The notes under the pieces: generated by a model
What the model saw: only the letters and a program-made list of their open reading frames with translations
Database searches by the model: none
What the model was told of the DNA's origin: nothing
Assembly (NCBI GenBank): GCA_040954595.2
Contig: CM082585.2
Coordinates: 10,342,564 to 10,406,563 of the forward strand
Source: Balanoglossus misakiensis
Lineage: Eukaryota; Animalia; Hemichordata
Reading direction: 5' to 3'
Length of the DNA: 64,000 nt
In this document: in pieces, positions 52,148-64,000 of the stretch
Numbering within the stretch: the first letter of the stretch is position 1
How the letters are laid out: each line of letters opens with the position of its first letter
Made by a program: the position numbers and the translations under genes

Positions 52148-52329
52148 CGTCAAGTTGGAATACAGGTCACTTCAATTGACCCATGACAGAAATACGGAAG
52201 GAGTTCTTCTCAAGTTGACGATAGCTTGATGCACGCACAAAGGTCAGTTGTTTCAATTCCAGTGCACGCAAATGTAAAGTTAGAGACATTTTGTCTTATT
52301 TTTCGATAGATTCCTTTTCACTAATCCTC

Positions 52330-53000
52330 GAGGTATGGATTATTTGCTGCGATGACGTACTTCCAGAATCCCATAAATGGTAACCACGGTAACGATGACC
52401 AGGGTCCATTTCCGGACAGGTTCGATTTTTGGCCAAAAGGACTCTGACCCATCAGCTTTTAAGCAGTTTCCTTCCGTGTCTGTGGTTTCTAAATGGTTGA
52501 TCAATAACAAGATGGCGACCTGGCAGACATGTGGTAATGAGAAATCGATGAAATCGTTTGACTATGAAATCCGCTTATATTTCAGTATTGAATGACGCTA
52601 TGATCACCAAATAATATCAACATGAGAACTTACTGGGATGTTGTGTGTAGGATCACTGAGATAGGCCTATAAAAGGGCTTGAATACAACTGACACTTTTC
52701 TGTATAATTAAATGGATATAATTGAAAGTTTACAATTTTATGAATAGCTTGTTGAACCATTCTTCCAGATCCTCTACAACTCATTTGTCCGTCAGCTGTT
52801 TACCTAACTTATTGAAGAGAAAGCCCAACCGTTCAATGTTTCGATCAATACAAGAAAAACAAAAGAAACTGTTTGGAAAGTTCAAAGTTCACGGTGACGA
52901 TAGCGAGGCTGTGGAGATGAGTGTCAACAAACACACGTGTTATATCACTTCAGCAAATATGGCCGCCCACAGGTTGTACTTTGGCCACTGACTTTGGTTC
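52330..53000. promoter_or_regulatory. Divergent promoter region between the GAL3ST-like gene and VWA8
   Basis: Head-to-head start codons 935 bp apart; YY1-type CAAGATGGCG at ~52508 and AAATATGGCCGCC at ~52956; CRE-like TGACGT at ~52353. Confidence 0.45.
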
Positions 53001-53081
53001 TCCGGTGAATAAATTATATCTTCGATGATGATAAGGTGATTAAACTTTCTGCAAGTATTACCACAGTGTCAGAGAGCGCCC

Positions 53082-56000
53082 ATGTTGAGAATAGTGAGGA
53101 TGAGTGCCGAGAAAGCACTCCGACGAGTTCGCCAGCTGAACGGAGTTCTCGATAAAACACCGCACACACAGCTTAGATCACAGAGTACAGGTATGTATAC
53201 GGGGTGGGCGGGGCCGGGCCCCGGTGAGTCTTTTGGCGCCGGGCCGCGGGGTCCAGGGTTTACTGTTCCCGGTCCCAGTTTTACATTGTGCAAGTCAGTG
53301 TTTCGTCCGCCGTGTTACACTTTGAACCCTGTGGCTGTGTTATGTGTACTATTTTTCCTGCAGTGGACATGGAGTAGACTTACGTGTTTGCGTGTACAGT
53401 GTACACGTGTGAGTGCTTGTGCATATCTAACTGGCAACATGAGTACTTGTTCTTGTAGCCGTGCTTGGTATGAAAAATAAAACGTTTACGGAACCGTGAA
53501 AACATAGATATTTCGCAATTGTTTGACCCCATTTGCCCACATTTCTAAACTTTTCACCAAACAATTAAAATTGGTATTACGTGTCTTTTCTGTGATTTCA
53601 GATGGTACAGTCAACATTGGTGATGTCAGTATCAAATTGCAGAAAGCAAAGAACCCAGAACTGGTGCCAATCAAACACAGTAAGTCTTTTTACAAAGGTG
53701 AAAGGTGGACTCAGGCATGGGTAAGGTGTAGACCATGATCACTTACCACTCCCCTGGACAAGTCATCAAATGACAGTCAATATTTCCTTTTCAAAATGTA
53801 ATTAATTAATTAATTAATTATCACCTTGTATCTTTATATTTCAGTCCCTGACAGTCCACCCCAGACTTTGATGAGACATTTACGATGGGTTATGCAAAAG
53901 GTACGCAACTTAAAATATTGTGTTTCCTTTTTCTCATTTGTCACTTTTCAGTGTTTGTATAAGTCAGTCTATTTCTGTTATATTTAATTTTGATATTTGT
54001 ATTTTTATCGTTAATGTGTATGAACTCATTTTTCAAAGTGACTCAGCATTTCTGACGTAAATATCATCAAATGTTGGTATATATCGGCTTGGAAATATTT
54101 CATATTGTAGAATGAGTGGTCTTGGTGGAGAATTTTATTTAGAGGGTATTGTGCAAATTTTCTTTTGTTGTTAGTTGAGAGTAATTGATGAACTGATTGC
54201 CTTTCAGGATTTGTTAGGGCAGGATGTGTTTCTCATTGGTTCACCAGGTCCTTTACGCAGAGCTGTGGCCATGCAGTATGCTGTAAGTAAAATCCCCTTT
54301 CACCACCATGGTTCGGTCCAAAACTATTGTTTTCTATGGTAAAGCTGGACCTCTTTGATGGGAACAGGGGGTGAAAGTGTTAAAATGTTCTTGTCGTTTG
54401 TGACATTTTCAGGAGTTGACGAATAGAGAAATTGAATATATTGCACTGACACGAGACACAACAGAGACTGATTTGAAACAAAGAAGAGAAATTAGATCGT
54501 CAACTGCGTACTACATGGATCAGGTAAAGAAACATTTAGTTTGAGTTTGAATCTGTCCACAATCTTGATGTAGTGATTGTTGTCATCATCATCATAGTCA
54601 ACATCACTATTCTTCAAAATTTGCTTTTTCAACTCCAAAACTATTGGGCAGTCACGTTGATATTTGATGCGAAGGTCCCCTTGAAGACAAGAGAATGCAA
54701 TATTCTTTCGAGTTGAGATAATCAGCACAGAATACTTGACTGAGGTTGATTTGTTTCAGTGTGCTGTGAGGGCAGCAACACAGGGAAGAATACTGATTAT
54801 AGAGGGTATCGAGAAAGCAGAGAGAAACGTCTTACCAGTCATTAATAATTTACTAGAAAACCGAGAGATGCAGTTAGAAGATGGAAGATTTCTCATGGCA
54901 GCTGATAGATATGATAAACTTTTACAGGTGAGTGTTTTGACCAATGCGGTGTCCCGACTACTAATGCAAGGCACCATTTGACTGTAGTCTAGCAAGGTTG
55001 CTTCTGATTGGTCAATTGATGAACAAACTTCTGCAAAATGATTTGAAACTAACCACTTCATGTCAATGGATTTCTTGTGAATCTTTCCGTTTGCAAATGT
55101 CAGGATCACACACAGGAAGAACTGGATTCCTGGAAGTTAGTCCGGGTATCAGAAAGATTCCGTGTGATAGCTTTAGGTCTTCCAGTACCACGTTACCAAG
55201 GCAACCCGCTAGATCCCCCTCTCAGGTCAAGGTTTCAAGCGAGAGACATCAACCCTCTTCCATTTAAGGTAAATTTGAAACTTGGAATTCGGAAATCGAA
55301 ATGATTGAGCTTTGCTTGTACTGAGAAAGATTGAGGTTTTGGTAAGTATGTTTCTTTGAAAACATTTTGCTTGACAGAATATTTAATGATTGAGTCTGTT
55401 TTCATTTTATAGGATCAGTTGCAAGTCTTGTATGAAAATGGCCCAAGTGTACCCCCTGAAAGGTAGGTTGGAGTTCCCATCAACTTTCACACCAAAGACA
55501 AGGGTACAACAAATAAAACCATGTTCGTAGAAATGCATTCATTCCTATTTACTTGTCTAATGTTTCATTTTGTTTTGTTGACCTCCCCGACAGAGTATCT
55601 CAGGTCCTGTCCTTTGCAACCACTCTACTTACTTCTGAATCGACCTCAATGGGTCTACCTGATTTTCCTGTAGGGGTGTTAGCCTCACTCCTCAAGATTA
55701 TGGTGAGTGTGAGTCTTCTTTCAGATCTCCCAACTTTCTCAGAAATAAAAAGAAGCACTTCTCTCTCTGGGAGTATGTTTCTCTTCAATCGAAAACTCAG
55801 ATACATGTAATATGATTATAGAATCTACCATTTTAACTAAGGAATAATTCCTGTTGGTTCCGTTTTCCCCTCCAGAATGCTGTTCCCAATTCATCAGCAC
55901 ACAAGTTATTACACAGACTCTATCCATATGAATTTCTTCTCGCAAAGGAAGGCAAGACTGCAGTTGAAGATATACTGAAGGTACGTTTTCAGTTGACGGA

Positions 56001-59000
56001 TAAATGTTTTTCATCTCCCAATGAAATAATAATCTTTTGGTATTTTTCAGAATTTTCTTGTATTAAAATGTACACAGTACAGCTGTCTGTTTGTTAACAT
56101 ATCTATTTCTTTTTATTTGGTGAATCCTAGAAATTTGAATTATTTGAAACTGACTACAAGAAGACAGTTCATCATGTGATTGGCAGTGTGTATCCAGTGA
56201 CCAACACAGAACATCCAACAGCACTGGTGACTCTGCAAGCAGGTGGACTCAACTATCCAATACAGGTGAGTTACTAGTCAGTTAGCCAATCAGATGCCTG
56301 TATGACCAATACATTGTCTAATCATGGCCTAAATCAGATAGATTAAACCAAAATCTGGTGATGAAACTCTGATGTACACATTTGGTGTATTTTATCATCT
56401 CATAAGTATATTTATTTTCTGCATTTCAGGTTACGGCTGGAATCCATGATATGAAATCAAGAGATCCGTTTCACCACTTTATTGCCACGCCATCACATGC
56501 ACAGCTGTTGGCTGATATGATGCAGTCACACATGGTACATGATTTCTGTCTTGTGGGACCCAAAGTAAGTAGTACTTCTATTTTATACAGTTGAAATGTT
56601 CAAATGATGGACAGGGATGGAAAATTAATGTCGCCGTGAACAAAACCTGCAAAGATGAAACTCATTACTTTGATAATGGTGTTCAAAAAAGTTTGTTGTT
56701 ATGGTTGTTCTCATGATACTTCTTGTTTTCTATGCAAGGGTTGTGGGAAAACCGTTCTGACCAAAGAATTTGCCACTTTGTTGGGATATCACATGGAGCC
56801 AATCATGTTATACCAGGTAAGTGACCTTTGACCAATGACCTTTGGTCTTTGATGTCTCAAAACTCACAAACTTCAGAGAGAGAAATAATGAAAACCAATT
56901 GTGTGATCATTTTTGTTAACTTCTAAAACATTCACTTTGACACAGGACATGACATCAAGAGACTTATTGCAGCAACGCACAACTCTTCCCAATGGAGACA
57001 CAATATGGCGGCCATCAGCTTTGGTTACCGCGGCAATAGAGGGTAACCTGGCTGTGTTGGATGGCATTCACAGAATTAATCAGGGAACGCTGGCTGCGAT
57101 CCAGAGGTTAGTAGAAAATAATTTTGCAACAGTACAAGTTGTATATTTGCAGTGTGCTTTTGTGCATAGTACATGCATCTGTGAAATTTCTATTTGGTTG
57201 GTTTTTTACCGTTTCTTTCCTGATCAGATTGATCCATGACAGAGAATTTAATTTATTCGATGGAACTCGGTTGGTGAGACAAGATCGATATGAAGAATTG
57301 AAGAAGAAATCGGAACACACTGATCAGGAAATGAAAGAAAGGTAAGACAGTTTTCTTTACGTGAGCTACAGTGTCATGGGTACTATTTTTATCGTTGAAC
57401 TTGCTAACATGGTTGCCAGGTACTCGCTGACTCCTATCACTTTACTTATATGCCAATGTATGTCTCTTCAGAAATGTATTCCCCATCCATCCGTCATTCC
57501 GGATCCTGGCCTTAGCGGAACCACCAGTATCCGGTAGCAGCACGCAACAGTGGTTGAATTCAGAATTGTTGACTTTGTTCCATTACCACCATACAAAACC
57601 ACTCTCTTACGTCGAAGAAATGGAAGTCATTCAAGGAATGGTAAGACTCTACAGTTTAAATTTATTTCAGTGTTTTTCCCTCCATGATGTCAGTGTATCA
57701 ATGTAGCCTCCACGATAATAAAAAAACATGTTGATGTTTTTGTGATTTGATTGTCAGGTACCCAATGCTGTTCAAGACTTGATGGAGCCACTGTTGAAAT
57801 TTACACACAGATTACGACACTCCAATGATCCTACAGTGAGTAAAAGAATCTACCCTGCTTTGGGGGGGGGGGGAGAACTAGAATAGACTCGAACAGTGTA
57901 GGGTTGGTATGGGTCAGGTTAGATATTCTTTGACCAAAGTGATGGACATACTTGGACTTTTATAGTGCCATTCGATGGTTTCAATTCCGTGGGTGTTATA
58001 CAGATATTTCATCAGAACATTACAACAGATGTTGATTTGGTTATTTATGTACACAGCTGTTGTCATTGGCGTCCTCGTTGTCAACGAGACAGTTGCTACG
58101 GATCGCTAAGCGACTGGCACAATATCCCAATGAGAATTTACACGACGCAGTCAACAAGGCGTGTTTATCAAGGTTGGTTTTAAGTTGTCTATCCCCATTC
58201 TGTGTTTTTACATTCAGTAGTGAAGTGTTCACGAATGTATATGCGTAGAGTGGATCTTTGTGGGCAGATATTTTTATGAAAGAAGTCGTGGTCTATAGCA
58301 CAGATCACCAAGAGCGACTCCTTCAATTTCTGTGCAATTCTATCCCATAATGCAGCATCCAATATGGCTGTCATTTTCAGTGATTCACTGTCAATGTTCT
58401 ACATCCTGGCTTGAATCTAGGCAATCTTACTGCCTTTAAGTGCAAAGAATAGCATTACACTTCTCTGAGACTTGTATTTCTGTGTCAGGTTTCTTCCTCA
58501 GTTAGCAAAACAGACTCTAGAGACAGCACTGGACGATGCCAACATCAAAGCCTTCAAGCAAGAACTGCAACCGATGGAGATTGAGAATGCAGTCACTTGT
58601 AAGTTTAACACTACATGCTCAAGTTTTCACAAATGGATGCCACATGTGACCTCGACTTTCAAGAGAGTGAAAGGTCTCGGGTTAAAAAAATTCAACGGTG
58701 TGCAATTTTGCTAAAGAGGGTAGAATAATTCAACAGTTGTTTATAGTGTTTTTCATTGGTTGTGTGCGTGATATATTTGCCACAGGTGAGATTAAAGATG
58801 GTCTTCTGAGGATTGGCAAAACTCAAGTATCAGTTTATGACCCAGAGAATAAAATGATGGTGCCTGATGTCTTGTTTTATGAGAATCCACAGGTAAGTGA
58901 ACTTGAGTGTGTTGTGTCTAAAAAGCACAAAATCATGCAATTTTTATTTTTCATGCATATTTATTTTACAGTAATATTGAGTGTTATAATAACAATCCTT

Positions 59001-62000
59001 CATGATTTTTACAGCATCTTTCCATCATGGAGGACATGTTGAAGGATTTCTTACTTGGAGAGCATTTGTTACTGGTTGGTAACCAGGGTGTCGGCAAGAA
59101 TAAAATAGTTGATAGATTTCTACATTTACTGAACAGACCAAGACAATATTTACAACTGCACAGGTATGGGTTCCAAAGTTCCAGTGTATATCAGCATACT
59201 ACTTGATTAATTTCTAACATTTTTTTGAGGCTTAGCTCAGTATTGACCGAATCTCAAGACGTTACCTTTGGTCTTATTATGTGGTACCCTGACAGAAAAA
59301 GACTTTGGGTCCAAAAATGGATGGGCAATTTATCTTTGGAAAAGCGTTTCTTGACTTTGCATGTTTGATCTTTCACAGGGATACAACAGTTCAGACACTC
59401 ACCCTACAACCAAATGTACAAGATGGTGTGATAGTGTATGAAGATTCCCCATTGGTGAGAGCGGTGAAACTCGGCCACGTTCTAGTTGTCGATGAAGCAG
59501 ACAAAGCTCCTACCAATGTGACCTGCATCTTGAAAACTCTGGTAGAAAGCGGAGAAATGATTCTCGCTGATGGGAGAAAAATTATATCAGGTGAAGAAAT
59601 GTACATTCTGGGTGATTTGGATCGTACAGCTTTCGTTTTGTTGACACAGTCAATGTGTCTCTGACCACTGTTCTGTGTTAAAGAAAGTCTTGTGTCTTTG
59701 GTCTCTTCTAGGTCATCCTGGTCAACAATCAACGGAAAACACAATTGTCAGTCATCCAGATTTCCGAATGGTGGTCCTTGCCAACAGACCTGGTTTTCCA
59801 TTCTTAGGAAATGATTTCTTTGGATCTCTTGGTAAGTGAGAACATTTCAGGGAGAGGTTTTAGAGGGTTGAAAGGGGTATATGATATGGCTAAATGATAG
59901 GGACTTGAATTCTGATTAAGGTACATGTATGGATAGATACCAATTCATCCCTGTATGAAATCACTTCACAGGAGATATTTTCAGTTGCCACGCCGTCGAC
60001 AATCCAAATATGGAGTCGGAGATGTCAATGCTGCGGCAGTATGGACCCGACGTGCCGGAATATTTATTGAAGAAACTGGTTCTTGCTTTTGGTGAACTGC
60101 GGGAGATGGCAGACCAAGGTTTGATAGCATATCCGTACTCCACAAGAGAAGTTGTCAACATGGTCAAACATCTACAGGTAAGTTAAGCTACATGTAATAC
60201 ACACTGCATACGGCAGCCATTTTGAAACGGCCATTTTGAATTTCATATTTGTGACACTTTCGCATTCTCGTTCAAAGTTTTGTAGGCTGGCCTCCAAATT
60301 TATTTCCAATTTTAAGAGAGAATATTTTAAAGTTTTGTCTGTTTGTGTATTTCAGAAATTTCCCAAAGAAGGTCTGTCCAACGTGGTGAAGAACGTTTTT
60401 GACTTTGATGCGTATAACAAAGAGATGAGGGAATCCATTGTTGCTGCACTTCACAAACATGGTATTCCTGTTGGAGCCACTCCTGATAATGTGAAACTTG
60501 CCAAAGAGTAAGGAAGTTGTTGTTTTGTTTGCTTTGTGGCCTTTTTCTGCATCGGCCTTGCAGATAATCTAAATAGAGCAATGCACTGAGAGTATTTAGA
60601 TTAAAATGCCAATCATTGTATAAACTGGTAGAAGTCAGTGGGTACTTTATTTATGCAGTGTTGAAGTATCCATTTTAAATAGTTCATGGGCCAATATATG
60701 AAATTGCCAGCTTTTAAAATTATCTTAACTCAGGGTGAAGAAAATTTATTTTAAACTTTGTTAAATCGGAAATTATTCCAAACTAATTGTATGAATAGAT
60801 TTTACAGTTCAGTTTATTGGTGATGTATTGTTTTTAAGAGAGAATGCTAAATAAAATAAATATTCTTAAAATCTTATCATTATTTGTGTTTCATTTGTAG
60901 TTTTTTTGTTTTTGACATATTCGCTTTAAATGGGGTCTGAACCGGAAGTAGGGGTTATATAGCTTTCTAAAGTTCATTCGCAAAGGACTTCCAGGAAATT
61001 TCTAAAGTGGTTGAGTTTCCTTTGAACTATTGACCTTCACATGACCACAGCATTCTCTCTTAAAATCATTAGATAATCTGCCAAATGTAATGTTGATATT
61101 ATGACAAAATTGAACAGAAGCTTGATCATTCGACGGAGTGTATACTACTAGTATTCCGGTTACAGTAGCATAAGTATGCATACATTTAATCCAAAACTTT
61201 CATTGGTAGATTTGAATTGCCGGAGCCACAGCTGACATCTCATTGGATAGTTGGAGGTCATCAAAGGTCGTCCAGACGGCAACTGATGTGTCCGGTTGAA
61301 GACAAACAAGTCCGAGTCAAAGTGAGTGTTCATACTGTCATAGTACTGCTTTTATTTGTTTGTATGTCTGTCATACAACGCACACTTCAATGCATATATC
61401 AGATATCAAAATGATATCTACTGCAATAGTTAAAGCTGAACTGAAACAGGATAATTCCTGAAGTGATGCTTTTCATATAAGAGAGACACCTGACAGTTTT
61501 CACTGCTGTACGAATCACAGGGTCCAGTCTTTCTGAACGTCAAGAACTTCCCACTGGATAAGTTCGAAGCTCGGTCCATGGAATTTTCAGAATTGATGTC
61601 ACATTGGAATCTGCCGTTGCAAGAGACAAGTGTGATTGGCGATGTGGCAGCCTCTACAGGTCAGTTCAGAATTTACATTTATGTCTTTCCAACTTCTCAC
61701 AGTTGCAACTAATGTGACATTTCCCACTATACATAAATCTGGATTTACAAAACTCTTTTTTTCGTTTAGATTTATTGAACGATATCATCCATGTGGTTAC
61801 ATCCAACCCAGTTGGTCTGTACAGTACATTCACCAACAACCAAGCGATTAAGTATGTTGACCTCTATGATGTCTTCCCAAATACTCGATATTCCTGGCAT
61901 CCCAGGTTCAAACTGGCTGCCCTTGGATCTCCTCTGGATGGACAGGCAATAGTACACGAACAACAGGTGAATATTTGTAGTTCAGTCGTACTTTTATTTC

Positions 62001-63938
62001 TGAAAAAAAAGTTAAATATGTCAGAAAAACAAACCACAAAATGTTTACTTTGATACAAAGGCATCTGACCATTTATGCTAATCTCACTTTTTGATAGACA
62101 AACACCATTCTGTTGATTGACCCAAACACTGGTGCCTTGAGACGACTTTTTCTGACCTCAGCTCTGGAGGGCGCTAGAGACAAGATTGCCGGCTACTTCA
62201 GCGGTTCGACCGATGATCCAATGCACAAAATGTGCTCTGAATTCGCAAGTCAAAACTGGGCTGTCTTCTATGAAGAATCTGGGTAAGTTTGAATTCAAAA
62301 CAGTAGTATTTCAAATCACCAAGTTTCAATATTGAAAGTGATGGTGAAGATGTTTCATGTGTTATGTGATATATGATAGTCAGGGATTTTTCCATTTCTA
62401 GGTCTAAGTTGGATGTTATAGATGTGCTACAAGGAACTGGATACAGTGTGGATTTACCGATAAATCTGAAATCTGTACATCTGCCGTCGAAAGATGCATG
62501 GCTTCTGACTGAGACCGAGACAAACAGGTACTGGAAACATTTAGAAAGCTTCTGTCCTCTCAGACTAGACCTTTGGTCTTTCAAACCTGATGATGCTTTA
62601 CTCTTTGATGAAATCTTATGAATTTTACATCATTTGTATGTTTTATTTCATAGGCGGTATTTGCTCACCAGACCTTCTGCTGATATGCCAGTTTGTCAGT
62701 TCAACACTGTTGATGTCAGACCTCCAAGAGACGATCAAGGTACATCTTCACGCATTTTGCACTTTTCATGAATAGATTTCAAGAATCCTGAATAAATAGC
62801 TCTAGTTCTTCTCCAATAAAATACACTGCAGTGTTTGACATCTGAATTGATCTTCTTTTTTTCAACTCAGAAACTCCTGGATTCAGTCTCATCACCGGTC
62901 CAGCCTATGCCGTAGCTGACAAACCACTAGCTAAGGATCAGCTCAGCGCAGCACTGAGACAGAACATCGATTCCCCAAACAGAATAATGGCAGACAGTAA
63001 CCACTATGCAGCTATCGCAGTAGGATTCCCAGACTTACAGGTTGGTTTCCATCATGAAAATATTTTAATATACATCTTTACCAGGTGACCTATGATATCT
63101 GATTTTTATTCATACAGGTATTTGTGTTGATGTCATTTTGCATTATATCCAAATTGTTGTTTTTTTAGTCTGAGAGTGAAATTTACACAATACCAAGGAA
63201 ACAAGTGGAAGAGGTGAAAATTACAAGCAAGCAAGATCCATTATTCAGAATGGCAAGTGTACCTACCCCCAAGAAAGAAATGGATCCTGCATTTTTACCA
63301 AATGCCAACCAGGTCATTAAAGTCTTACCGTTACGGAAAGTTCCAACAGAAGTCTTCCCAAAAGGTAAATGCTAGTAGTTGAACCGTCTCTGACTCCATT
63401 TCAGTTTTAACGTCAAAATTTAATTTCATAAATTCATCACAAATTCAGTTCACAAAATCAATGTTATGTGGCACACCTAGAAAGTAGTGTTTTCTGTGAC
63501 ATCTAAACATGAATGCTTATGAGAATATCATTGTCTGTTACTTTGATATTAGGACTTCGTCCCAGCGGGGTCAGTGCGTACTTGGAGGTCACTGATCTTG
63601 GTGATCACAGATTGAGATATATACCAATCCCGATGTAAGTACACAAAATCTATGAGTTATTGTCTTTTTATAAAGAATGTTAAGACTGAAGTTGTGGGTT
63701 GCCATCTTGGTAAATGTTTTCCAATCTTCCAGGCCTCCTTACATCCCACCGTACTCACCCTGGCTGTCCAACTACTCGGAGACGGATGTCGCCATGACAA
63801 CTACTCCCTCTGAGGCAGTAGTGACGGTGGACGCGGGTGGAAGTGTCCGTGTGTGGGAGACCGGCGTGGACAGTCTGCAGCGGTCATTGATGGAATGGCA
63901 ACAGATGATCGGAGCGGATGAAGGACGCACTCTACAGG
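53082..63938 (+). CDS. VWA8: von Willebrand factor A domain-containing protein 8 (mitochondrial AAA+ ATPase), 5' part, many small exons, 3'-truncated by window edge
   Basis: Arg-rich presequence-like N-terminus; RHLRWVMQKDLLGQDVFLIGSPGPLRR; LTRDTTETDLKQRREI; IEGIEKAERNVLPVINNLLENREMQLEDGRFLM; GNPLDPPLRSRFQAR; QDMTSRDLLQQRTTLPNGDT; LVGNQGVGKNKIVDRFL; LVVDEADKAPTNVTCILKTL; VTVDAGGSVRVWETG. Confidence 0.95.
54295..54383 (+). mobile_element. Copy of short piggyBac-like MITE family in a VWA8 intron
   Basis: CCCTTTCACCACCATGGTTCGGTCCAAA...TTGTTTTCTATGGTAAAGCTGGACCTC...GGGGGTGAAAGTG followed by TTAA; related copies at 2822, 25965, ~46600, 49273, 49754. Confidence 0.65.
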
Positions 63939-64000
63939 TGGGTTCACAAAATGCCTTCATTTGATTTTTATTGAAATTTCATTGAGATGTGTACTTTTTG

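Noticed and set aside
53190-53330. GC-rich segment in VWA8 intron 1 as a hAT MITE
   Set aside because: Ends in AACCCTG but I could not pair convincing TIRs or an 8-bp TSD; equally explained as a promoter-proximal GC-box island.

Overview
Intron-rich, AT-rich eukaryotic (animal) genomic DNA, most likely an invertebrate bilaterian and possibly a non-vertebrate deuterostome (inference only). It is not prokaryotic, so most short ORFs in the track are exon fragments or noise. Nine protein-coding genes can be reconstructed by hand: 3' end of ABCC4/MRP4 (+), a 13-finger C2H2 gene (-), an intronless BTB-BACK-Kelch gene (+), ARHGEF7/beta-PIX (+), a single-domain ACE (-), an unrecognised 19-exon gene (+), NCBP2/CBP20 (+), a GAL3ST-type sulfotransferase (-) and the 5' part of VWA8 (+). 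The most interesting item is the gene at 40297-46451. It splices into an uninterrupted ~945-aa frame joining an R3H domain, a complete TDP1-like (PLD-superfamily) domain that has lost both catalytic histidines but kept both lysines, and a possible OB-fold tail, so it is a candidate nucleic-acid-binding pseudoenzyme. Other highlights: a phase-compatible alternative first exon giving beta-PIX an MGC/polybasic N-terminus in place of SH3, an ACE ending in a GPI-signal-like tail, a U12 intron in NCBP2, two long intronic hairpins and three MITE families. All domain calls come from motif recognition by eye; no database search was run.
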